A stretch of DNA of 43,734 nucleotides from Chitinophaga pinensis (GTDB lineage Bacteria; Bacteroidota; Bacteroidia; NS11-12g; UBA955). This document shows positions 1 to 8,220 of this stretch, piece after piece (the first letter of the stretch is position 1; each line of letters opens with the position of its first letter). Location: positions 1 through 43,734 of the forward strand of contig CAMBBZ010000003.1 of NCBI GenBank assembly GCA_945863965.1, given 5' to 3'. A program made the position numbers and the translations under genes. The notes beneath the pieces are model-generated. The model was given only the letters and a program-made list of their open reading frames with translations, was not told the origin of the DNA and did not search any database.

Positions 1-99
1 TGGATTGGTGATTTTAATCCTAAGATGATCAGCATGTTAAATGCCTTGGGTGCACAGCTAATTAAAACGCATCACACCTACTTAAAGATTTTTTCCTGA
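1..99 (+). CDS. 3' end of a CDS entering the window (possibly a GNAT/YghO-like hypothetical protein)
   Basis: Frame 1 is open: WIGDFNPKMISMLNALGAQLIKTHHTYLKIFS*, TGA at 97-99. The family guess comes from recalling the WIGDFNPKM motif. Confidence 0.55.
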   Translation, partial: WIGDFNPKMISMLNALGAQLIKTHHTYLKIFS

Positions 100-128
100 A
101 GGAAGTTGCTTTTTACAATTATCAGTTC

Positions 129-136
129 TATTTTTG
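129..136 (+). promoter_or_regulatory. Bacteroidota sigmaA -7 element for tRNA-Lys
   Basis: TATTTTTG matches TAnnTTTG, about 40 nt upstream of the tRNA. Confidence 0.7.
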
Positions 137-175
137 CACCCTGTTAAAACGATAACATTTTGTTAAAACAGAAAT

Positions 176-248
176 GATTCTGTAGCTCAGCCGGTAGAGC
201 AATACACTTTTAATGTATGGGTCCTGGGTTCGAATCCCAGCGGAATCA
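176..248 (+). tRNA. tRNA-Lys (anticodon TTT), CCA not encoded
   Basis: Acceptor stem GATTCTG/CGGAATC, D arm GCTC..GAGC, anticodon arm ATACA-CTTTTAA-TGTAT, T arm CTGGG-TTCGAAT-CCCAG. Confidence 0.97.
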
Positions 249-249
249 C

Positions 250-278
250 AAAGGCCACTTTCTAGTGGCCTTTTTTTT
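250..278 (+). terminator. Rho-independent terminator after tRNA-Lys
   Basis: AAAGGCCACT-TTCT-AGTGGCCTTT hairpin running into a T8 tract. Confidence 0.9.
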
Positions 279-425
279 GCTTATAAGTCCCGATTTTCTA
301 TTGTATAAATCAATGCGTTTTGTAGCGTAAAACAAGAGGCGAGTACCAAAAATAGAGGTGCAAATTTGCATATACGATTGCAAGACATCCAAAATAATTA
401 AACAAGAATTTCTTATCTTTCGACA

Positions 426-1826
426 ATGAAGCGTAAACAGTTCATTCAGTCCTTGGGAGCCACAGCGGTCGGCACTGCTTTATTGCCACAATCGTTGGTT
501 GGCCACCCCGATTCTAGAAAACCACCCAAAGGTAAAAAAACACCTGAATTCATTGTTCCTCAAGGCGTAGATGTTTCCAATTCCCCCCACAATGAAAAAT
601 ATTGGGGCCCAGTTGCTTCCAATTTTATCAAACCAGAAGGGTTTATTAATCTAGAAAATGGGTATTTCAGCCACCAACCGCAAGGTACACTGGCCTATCA
701 CATCGATGCTGAAACCAGTATCAATACCCAGACCAGCCATTTCATGCGAACGGCACAAACCCAAGCCATTGAAGCCGCCCGAAATGCGTTTGCAGGTTTT
801 CAAGGTTTAAATCCAGAAGAAGTCGCTTTCACGCGCAATACCACGGAGAGTCTCAACATCATCATCATGGGCACCCAATGGCAAGCGGGCGACGAGGTTG
901 TAATTGGCGACCAAGACTATGGTTCCATGGTAGAATCGTTTCAACAAGCCGTTTCCCGTTGGATGATTCGCCTCAAAGTGGCAGAAGTCCCGGTAAACCC
1001 GAACAGCGATGTTGAAATTATCCGTGCCTACACCTCATTAATTACGCCGCGCACAAAAATGCTGCACCTCACGCATATGATCAATCTTACAGGGCAGCTT
1101 ATTCCTGTGATGGCCATTACTCAGGAGGCGAAGAAAATAAACCCCAATATATTTGTTGTGGTAGACGCCGCTCATAGCTTGGCTCACACCCCCTTGGATA
1201 TGTGGGAATTGCGAAACGCAGGCATTGATGCCATCGGGGGAAGTCTACATAAATGGCTCTGCAACCCTATAGGCGCGGGGTTTTTAGTCTTAAAAAAGCA
1301 AAACATTCGCGAAATTTGGCCCCTTATGGGCGATGTTAGTGCCGATCGTACCGATATCCGGAAATTTGAACATCAAGGAACTCGCCCTATCCAATCCTTA
1401 CAGACCATTGCTAAAGCTATAGAATTTCACCGATTGTTGGGAAGTGCCAGCAAATACAATCGCCTTACCTATCTAAAATTGTTGTGGATTGGCAATAAGC
1501 AAGCTCTGGAGAATTTCGGGAAAGGTTTGGGCATTCTGAACGATCCCATCTATCAAGCCAACATGAATGCCGTAACGGACTTGATGGAGAGTGGCTCATT
1601 CAAATTGCAATCGCCGTTAGTGCCATTTAGCAGAGGCGGCGCTATAGCGACAGCGGCGTTCACCGGATACACGCCCACTGAACTCGCCAATACATTGATG
1701 AACAAATTTGGTATTTTTACCGTGGGCATCGACCACCCGGTCATTCAGGGCGTTCGGGTTACACCGCATTTGAGCAACAGCACCAGCGATTGTATTGCCC
1801 TAAATAAGGCATTTACGGCGCTTTGA
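426..1826 (+). CDS. Class V PLP-dependent aminotransferase (isopenicillin N epimerase/CefD-like) with Tat-like signal peptide
   Basis: Motifs INLENG, RNTTE, VDAAHS, PLP lysine in SLHKW and C-terminal GVRVTPH. N-terminus MKRKQFIQ followed by a hydrophobic stretch. Confidence 0.88.
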   Translation: MKRKQFIQSLGATAVGTALLPQSLVGHPDSRKPPKGKKTPEFIVPQGVDVSNSPHNEKYWGPVASNFIKPEGFINLENGYFSHQPQGTLAYHIDAETSINTQTSHFMRTAQTQAIEAARNAFAGFQGLNPEEVAFTRNTTESLNIIIMGTQWQAGDEVVIGDQDYGSMVESFQQAVSRWMIRLKVAEVPVNPNSDVEIIRAYTSLITPRTKMLHLTHMINLTGQLIPVMAITQEAKKINPNIFVVVDAAHSLAHTPLDMWELRNAGIDAIGGSLHKWLCNPIGAGFLVLKKQNIREIWPLMGDVSADRTDIRKFEHQGTRPIQSLQTIAKAIEFHRLLGSASKYNRLTYLKLLWIGNKQALENFGKGLGILNDPIYQANMNAVTDLMESGSFKLQSPLVPFSRGGAIATAAFTGYTPTELANTLMNKFGIFTVGIDHPVIQGVRVTPHLSNSTSDCIALNKAFTAL

Positions 1827-2085
1827 GTGGATTTGATTCCTATCTAGAAATGGTAAAAAACGCCTATTTCAGCGTTTTTTGGTAAAATAAACAATTTGTA
1901 TACGTCTTAAATTGACAATTTTGTACTGATTAGGTTTATTTATGCTAAATATATATACTATTTCTACACGTAAAATAATCGAATAATCACCGTTTTTGTA
2001 AAATTCGATATTGCCGTTATAGGGAATGGGATGTAGAATTAAACAAAATTAAAGGCTAAAAAAGCTTATTTGTACATTTTTGTAC

Positions 2086-2126
2086 TAAATAAGCATAGTG
2101 TATATTGCTTATTTAAGTTATTTTTG
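2086..2126 (+). promoter_or_regulatory. Operator-like 10-bp inverted repeat next to the -7 promoter element of the AAA ATPase gene
   Basis: TAAATAAGCA (2086-2095), 10-nt spacer, TGCTTATTTA (2106-2115). TATTTTTG lies at 2119-2126. Confidence 0.55.
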
Positions 2127-2143
2127 TTGTAATAAGAAGAAAT

Positions 2144-3607
2144 ATGAACCAATTAACGCTTATTCCTGCACATAAAATAACCGAACGTTTGCGGTTTGAA
2201 AATACGTGGTGGCTTACCAAGCACATTGCCTCTTTTTATTGGAGTATGCGTAGGCGATTGTATTTCGATTTGTTTTTTCCTTACGTGGAAGAAACCCAAG
2301 TACGTCGAGCCGTGGTTTTAATGGGTCCTAGGCGCGTAGGTAAAACCGTGATGTTGTTTCATAGTATCGAGCGTTTATTGGAGTTAGGTGTTGAGCCTCA
2401 AAAGATATTCTTTATTGGTATGGATAACCCCGTTTATGTGAATTTAGGGTTGGAAGATCTTTTAGATTTGTGTAAGTTGTCATTGGGGTTGGAATCCTTA
2501 TCGGGTTGCTATGTGTTTTTTGATGAAATCCAATACCTCAAAGATTGGGAACGGCATTTGAAGGTATTGGTCGATACGTATCCTGGAACTAAATTTGTAG
2601 CTTCGGGTTCTGCCGCGGCCGCGTTGAAGTGGCACAGTACGGAAAGTGGAGCGGGTAGGTTTACCGATTTTATGTTACCTCCTTTAACGTTCCAGGAGTT
2701 TATTCACTTGAAGGAAATGAACCATTTGATTAAAGATCCTCAGGCGAGCTACGGGGGAATTCCCCCAGCATATAAATTTACGCACGACATCAAGTCTTTA
2801 AACCAGGAATTTCAGCAATATTTAAACTTTGGGGGATATCCCGAGGTGGTGTTGTCGGAAAAAATCCGAAATGACATGGGTCGCTACATCAAAAGTGATA
2901 TTGTAGATAAGGTGTTGCTGCGCGATTTACCCAGTTTGTATGGAATTCGAGATGTGCAAGAACTAAATCGCTTTTTTACGTATATCGCTTATAATACTGC
3001 CAATGAATTTTCCTACGAAACCATGTCCAAGCAAAGCGGCATCCAAAAGGAAACGTTAAAACGGTACTTGGAATATTTAGAGGCGGCTTTTTTGATAAAA
3101 GTGTTGAATAAGGTCGATTTAAATGCGAAGCGCCTGAAGCGGGTCACGAGTTTCAAGGTATATTTAACGAATCCTTCGCTCAGAACGGCCTTGTTTTCGC
3201 CCGTTGGTGAAGCCGACGAAGAAATGGGAAATATGGTAGAAACGGCTTTGGTTTCGCAGTGGATGCACCGGGAGAAGCTGAATTTGGCCTATGCTCATTG
3301 GAAAGAGGGCAGGAGCGAGGGCGAGGTAGATATGGTGGTGGTTGATGATGCACGCTTTAAGCCTCTATGGGCGGCGGAGATCAAATGGAGCAACCGCTAC
3401 ACGGTTCACACGAAGGAACTGAAGAGTTTGCTACAATTTTGCACCCAGCACCAACTTTCAAGGGCCTTGGTCACTACTGTCGACCAAACCCTCACCAAAT
3501 CGATCGATGGCGTAAGCATTTCATTCATGCCTGCGGCGGTGTACGCATATAATATTGGCAATGCTACGTTGCGCATGAAGTACGATAAAGATAGTGAGGT
3601 GTTATAG
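2144..3607 (+). CDS. AAA_14 ATPase with DUF4143 and a C-terminal PD-(D/E)xK-like domain
   Basis: Walker A GPRRVGKT, Walker B VFFDEIQ, SGS, GR, GGYPE, K-x-Y-x-x-N, and EVD...EIKW. Confidence 0.9.
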   Translation: MNQLTLIPAHKITERLRFENTWWLTKHIASFYWSMRRRLYFDLFFPYVEETQVRRAVVLMGPRRVGKTVMLFHSIERLLELGVEPQKIFFIGMDNPVYVNLGLEDLLDLCKLSLGLESLSGCYVFFDEIQYLKDWERHLKVLVDTYPGTKFVASGSAAAALKWHSTESGAGRFTDFMLPPLTFQEFIHLKEMNHLIKDPQASYGGIPPAYKFTHDIKSLNQEFQQYLNFGGYPEVVLSEKIRNDMGRYIKSDIVDKVLLRDLPSLYGIRDVQELNRFFTYIAYNTANEFSYETMSKQSGIQKETLKRYLEYLEAAFLIKVLNKVDLNAKRLKRVTSFKVYLTNPSLRTALFSPVGEADEEMGNMVETALVSQWMHREKLNLAYAHWKEGRSEGEVDMVVVDDARFKPLWAAEIKWSNRYTVHTKELKSLLQFCTQHQLSRALVTTVDQTLTKSIDGVSISFMPAAVYAYNIGNATLRMKYDKDSEVL

Positions 3608-3763
3608 AGCGCATTCCACCAAGAACTGCCATTACGTTTTAAAATTAAATGAGTAACTTAGCCAATAAAATGGGTTGAAGTTATTAAAAATCAAGGTATG
3701 TCTTTCTTAAACATGCCTTGGTAATTATACTAATTTGACCCTTAGGATAAATAGATATTAAAT

Positions 3764-5062
3764 ATGAACGAAATAATTTGCCCCAATTGTCAGAAAGCGT
3801 TTAAAGTAGACGAGTCCGGATTTGCCGATATCCTCAAACAGGTGCGCGACCATCAGTTCGAGGAAGAAATTTCCAATCGCTTGGCACTTGCTGATAAAGA
3901 AAAAGAGAGCGCGGTTAAACTTGCAGAAGCCAAAATTCAAAATAATTGGCAGGAACAACTTTCTAAGAAAGAACAGGAACTGAGTAATCTCAAAGCGGAA
4001 AAAGCACTAGAACTTCAGCAGAAACTAGCCGAAAAAGAAAATTTGCTGTCTGAACTGAAAGCAAAAATTGACAATGCGGAATTGGTGAAAACATTAGCGG
4101 TAAATCAGGCAACCAAGCAAATCGAAAAGGAACGGGATGAGCTGGCCAATTCGATTCAGATGAAAGAGACCGAAAAAGAATTGCTCAAAATAGCCTTATC
4201 CGAGAAATTTGCGGCCGAACTTAAAGAAAAAGATGCCATCATTAAGCATAAAGACGAAGAGATTGCCCTCAGAAAAGAAATGAAGCTGAAGCTGTCCACA
4301 AAAATGGTAGGGGAAACACTAGAGCAGCATTGCGAAAACGAATTTAATACACTTAGGGCGACTGCTTTTCAAAATGCGTATTTCGAAAAGGATAACGATG
4401 CAAAGTCTGGCAGTAAAGGAGATTTCATTTTCCGGGAGCTCGACGATGCCGGTAATGAAATCATTTCGATTATGTTCGAAATGAAAAACGAAGGCGATGC
4501 TACAGCCAGCAAAAAAAGGAATGAAGACTTTTTTAAAGAACTAGATAAAGATCGCACAGAAAAAAAATGCGAATATGCCGTGTTGGTATCGTTGCTCGAA
4601 GCGGATAATGAGCTGTACAATACAGGTATTTTAGACGTAGGGTATAGGTTCCCCAAAATGTATGTGGTGCGACCTCAATTTTTCATTCCTATAATTACCT
4701 TATTGCGCAATGCGGCTATGAATTCACTTAAGTACAAAGCCGAACTCGCCCTCATGCGCAATCAAAATATTGATATCACCAATTTTGAAGACAATGTGAA
4801 TGCTTTTAAAGAGGGTTTCGCGCGTAATTATGAATTGGCCAGTAAAAAGTTCAAAACGGCCATTGACGAAATTGATAAAACCATTGACCATCTTCAGAAA
4901 ACCAAAGAGGCTCTATTGTCATCAGAAAACAACCTTCGTTTGGCGAATAACAAAGCCGATGATTTAAGCATCAAGAAGTTAACCCGTGGCAATGCCACCA
5001 TGATAGCGAAGTTTAATGAATTGGAAAAAGGGATGGATCTAGATTCGGATGGTTTGGATTAA
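3764..5062 (+). CDS. DUF2130 domain-containing protein (CxxC, coiled coil, nuclease-like fold)
   Basis: N-terminal CPNC, long E/K-rich coiled coil, [36 protein letters not shown]. Confidence 0.88.
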   Translation: MNEIICPNCQKAFKVDESGFADILKQVRDHQFEEEISNRLALADKEKESAVKLAEAKIQNNWQEQLSKKEQELSNLKAEKALELQQKLAEKENLLSELKAKIDNAELVKTLAVNQATKQIEKERDELANSIQMKETEKELLKIALSEKFAAELKEKDAIIKHKDEEIALRKEMKLKLSTKMVGETLEQHCENEFNTLRATAFQNAYFEKDNDAKSGSKGDFIFRELDDAGNEIISIMFEMKNEGDATASKKRNEDFFKELDKDRTEKKCEYAVLVSLLEADNELYNTGILDVGYRFPKMYVVRPQFFIPIITLLRNAAMNSLKYKAELALMRNQNIDITNFEDNVNAFKEGFARNYELASKKFKTAIDEIDKTIDHLQKTKEALLSSENNLRLANNKADDLSIKKLTRGNATMIAKFNELEKGMDLDSDGLD

Positions 5063-5087
5063 GTCGGTATTTATTCTATTGTCTACC

Positions 5088-5122
5088 AAAACAAACGGCT
5101 CCCTAAAGGAGCCGTTTGTTTT
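5088..5122. terminator. Bidirectional terminator between convergent genes
   Basis: AAAACAAACGGCTCC-CTAAA-GGAGCCGTTTGTTTT. Confidence 0.9.
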
Positions 5123-5138
5123 TAGGTCACATTGAGCC

Positions 5139-6236
5139 TTATGGACTTACTAAATTTACGCTTATGCTTACATAAAACGGATTCGTTAACGTAGACTCCA
5201 TGGCATACGGCGCATCGCTTAGCAACCCAAAGGCCCGTAAGGTTTCCTTACCACCGTCTAAACGGTCAGAATGATACCTGTAATTGATGCGATATCCTGC
5301 CTGCGCTGATACCCATAAAAAGTCTTTTACCGAAAATTGGTATTCCATGCGCAAACGGATTTCTCCGCGACGTATTTCTAAATCTTCTGGTCTTAACGTT
5401 TCATCTTTGTACAACCGATAACTCTGTCCCTGCAACTCAAATCCCGCAAAAACCATATTTCTCGGATTGATCGTCCGCCTAACGGCCGCACGCGCCGGAA
5501 ATAAGATTTCTGTTCCCCATTTATTGGCTGCATCCGTCCAATTATACATAAAAACAGGAATGTAGTTAAGTTCTCCAACGCGATAGGTGCGGGCCAAACC
5601 TACGCCCCATTGCTTTTTCTCATTCGGGCGTTTTCCCCAAATTACGGCTCCTGAATATTTTAGGTAATTCAAAGGCATGATATTAGACAAGGTATAATCG
5701 CCGTTTAAATCCGCCGATCCTTGAAATAACAAAAACTGCTTGTCATTCAATGGCTTAAATACGGTTGTATTCAATCCCATCGTGCGGAAGGCATTGCTAT
5801 GTTGGTCGATAACCCTATTACGTCCACCCACAGGTATTGACTGTTCCATACCTTCAAAGTTGGTTTGCCAATAATTGAAGCCCATCTGCCAAACCAAACT
5901 GGTTGTGGAAATCACGGGTATGTTACAACCCAAACGCAATCCGTGCGTTGCCGATATATTCATTTCATCTGCACCCGATAGCTCATTTCCAGCTCTATCA
6001 GTCAGGGACTCGGCGCGCATTTTATACGGACCCTGAACGTCATAACCCACGTAAATGAGTTGCGCTGGACTTAATCCTTCGATTTTTGGAGAACAATACC
6101 TTTTGGCACCTTCATCTACAAAATCGACATCATTGTACATGCTAAAGTCATCTTCGGTGCCGGTGGTATCGCTTTGCGACCGCAATTGTCCAATTGCTAT
6201 TACAGACAATCCGAGTATTATGTGGAGCTTACGCAT
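5139..6236 (-). CDS. Putative outer-membrane beta-barrel protein (DUF6268-like)
   Basis: Signal peptide, alternating beta-strand pattern rich in aromatic residues, C-terminal strand FYVSISVNLVSP. Confidence 0.7.
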   Translation of the reverse strand: MRKLHIILGLSVIAIGQLRSQSDTTGTEDDFSMYNDVDFVDEGAKRYCSPKIEGLSPAQLIYVGYDVQGPYKMRAESLTDRAGNELSGADEMNISATHGLRLGCNIPVISTTSLVWQMGFNYWQTNFEGMEQSIPVGGRNRVIDQHSNAFRTMGLNTTVFKPLNDKQFLLFQGSADLNGDYTLSNIMPLNYLKYSGAVIWGKRPNEKKQWGVGLARTYRVGELNYIPVFMYNWTDAANKWGTEILFPARAAVRRTINPRNMVFAGFELQGQSYRLYKDETLRPEDLEIRRGEIRLRMEYQFSVKDFLWVSAQAGYRINYRYHSDRLDGGKETLRAFGLLSDAPYAMESTLTNPFYVSISVNLVSP

Positions 6237-6238
6237 TT

Positions 6239-6718
6239 TTATTTCTTAGTGGCTTTCTTGGGTTTGATTTCTAGGCGTTTCCAAATATCGGTACGACCTA
6301 GGGCAGAAACGCCAATATATCCGCGGATATCGAGGGTGTTTTTATCGGTCATTTTTATCGTACAGCTATATGTATTGCCATTCAAGGGATCGTAAATCGT
6401 TCCCTCATCCCAAATGTCGCCGCCCTTATAAACGAAATCTTTTAGATTACGGTATCCCTTAAGAGGAACATTCCGAAGCGATGCATCGGGGTTATTTTTG
6501 TCGGTTTTGTTCTCGCCTGTTGCAGGATCTACCGGTTCCTTGAGCCAAACAATGCGACCGAAGTACTTGTCTCCAATTTTTTCAACTTTTACCCGGGCGC
6601 GACCGTTACTAGGTTCCCAAACTCCCAACAAGCGGTCACCGTCGGTGTTCTGACTTACAAAAGCAGTCATGCTCAAAAGCAAGAGGCTAAATAGGGCAAT
6701 TAAACTTATTTTTTTCAT
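6239..6718 (-). CDS. DUF2147 domain-containing secreted protein
   Basis: Motifs GVW, GRIVW, DKNNPD, GTIYDP.NG.TY, RGYIG and GRT.IW.R. Probable start is MKKISL at 6718, not 6736. Confidence 0.9.
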   Translation of the reverse strand: MKKISLIALFSLLLLSMTAFVSQNTDGDRLLGVWEPSNGRARVKVEKIGDKYFGRIVWLKEPVDPATGENKTDKNNPDASLRNVPLKGYRNLKDFVYKGGDIWDEGTIYDPLNGNTYSCTIKMTDKNTLDIRGYIGVSALGRTDIWKRLEIKPKKATKK

Positions 6719-6728
6719 GGTTTTTATA

Positions 6729-7253
6729 TTAATCAAATGACAATTCTAAAGTAATGGTAGCCTTGAGTGTTAAATTGGCTTCGATGTCTTGTTTTAAATC
6801 GGAATCTAAAATGATATACACTTCGCTTTCATTAAGGTAATCTGTGAGGTCGGCTTCCCCAGAAATATTGAGTGCTTGAACCTTTTTATCAGAGGCAATT
6901 GGATTTAACAAAGCCACAGCTTGCATCGGTACGTCTTTATTATTGGTAGCAAAACTTAGTACGAAACTCTTTATGTCATCAAAACCATAGCAATCTTCAC
7001 ATTCTTCATCGCGGATTTCAGCGGTCAAAAGTTTGGCCCCTTTAATTTTCATTCCGTCTTGGTATTGGTCCTTTAATAATGATTTCAAATCCACTTTCCA
7101 TGCGTATTGTGCCGGATTAGGTCCTTCGTATAAAGGGCCTTCGTAGCTGAATTCAACGTCGGAGAGGGTAATGATTTGACGCTTAGACCCGTTTCCACAA
7201 GAGTTTAGCAACAAGAGTGGGAGCGCCAAAGCGCAGAATATAAGTTTTCTCAT
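6729..7253 (-). CDS. Hypothetical lipoprotein
   Basis: MRKLIFCALALPLLLLNSC lipobox. First gene of a three-gene operon. Confidence 0.75.
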   Translation of the reverse strand: MRKLIFCALALPLLLLNSCGNGSKRQIITLSDVEFSYEGPLYEGPNPAQYAWKVDLKSLLKDQYQDGMKIKGAKLLTAEIRDEECEDCYGFDDIKSFVLSFATNNKDVPMQAVALLNPIASDKKVQALNISGEADLTDYLNESEVYIILDSDLKQDIEANLTLKATITLELSFD

Positions 7254-7323
7254 ACTAGCAAATAAACAACATTATAATGTAATTACATAGAGCGTGTATC
7301 TTTGACTATTATTCGTAGAAACT

Positions 7324-8121
7324 ATGTTTTTCGTTTTAAGTAAGTTCTTGGGTTTTGCCATAAAGCCCCATATTTGGGTTTTAGCTGCGTTTTTAATCGG
7401 TCTTTTATATCTTTTTCGGGGGAAATCAGATACGGTGTCGCTAATCAAAGCCAAGCGTTGGCTATTGGCGTCGGGTATAATCGCATTCATTACGGGCAAC
7501 CATGCCATCGTGAACGAGCTGTACATGGCATGGGAGGTTCCACCTAGTAAAGAACGCCTTCACACGTCTGATAGCATGCCCAGAACGGCCGTAATTCTAA
7601 GCGGATATTCGCATTACGACGCGGTAAACGATATTTTTAGTATGAATGAGGCGGGTGATCGCTTGGTGGTGGGTATGCAGGGATTATTATTGCATAAATT
7701 TGACCGAATAATTTTAACTGGCGGAAGTTCTTCGGTACTCAAAAAAGTGTACTATGAAGCCGAAGAAGCAGGTAAATTCCTGCAACAAATGGGCTTTGAT
7801 TCATCTACTTTTATTTTGGATAGTGATTCTCGAAACACCTATGAAAACGCAGTCATAACTAAGCGTATTTTAGACAGCTTGGGCATTACAGAGCCCATTT
7901 TGTTAGTCACATCAGCCTCGCACATGTACCGGGCTAAAAAATGCTTTGAGAAAGCCAATGTGAAGTTTCGCGCATATCCGGCGCATCACACCGTAACTCC
8001 TTTACGAAATTACAATTTGGAAGCATGGCTAATTCCCAATCCGGGTTCGATGAACCGCTTGCATGCATTGTTACACGAGTGGGTGGGTATTCTAACTTAT
8101 AAACTTACAGGGAAAATTTAA
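7324..8121 (+). CDS. YdcF/ElyC/SanA family (DUF218) protein
   Basis: Two N-terminal TM helices, ILTGG, SRNTYENA, LVTSASHMYRA, LHEWVG. Confidence 0.92.
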   Translation: MFFVLSKFLGFAIKPHIWVLAAFLIGLLYLFRGKSDTVSLIKAKRWLLASGIIAFITGNHAIVNELYMAWEVPPSKERLHTSDSMPRTAVILSGYSHYDAVNDIFSMNEAGDRLVVGMQGLLLHKFDRIILTGGSSSVLKKVYYEAEEAGKFLQQMGFDSSTFILDSDSRNTYENAVITKRILDSLGITEPILLVTSASHMYRAKKCFEKANVKFRAYPAHHTVTPLRNYNLEAWLIPNPGSMNRLHALLHEWVGILTYKLTGKI

Positions 8122-8220
8122 AGTCGATTTAAGTCTGTGGCTAAATAAAGGACACTCGTCGTTTCACGAGTGGGTATGCCATAACTAGTATTAAACCTAC
8201 GGTTAAAAAAGGCCTCGAAA

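Noticed and set aside
142-169. Direct repeat TGTTAAAAC twice in the tRNA-Lys leader
   Set aside because: Short and AT-rich, so chance cannot be excluded.
3692-3720. Hairpin CAAGGTATGT..ACATGCCTTG upstream of the DUF2130 gene
   Set aside because: Imperfect, no U-tract, and no further support for a function.
176-5122. Integrative element at tRNA-Lys
   Set aside because: No integrase or transposase, and I found no duplicated tRNA 3' end (att site).
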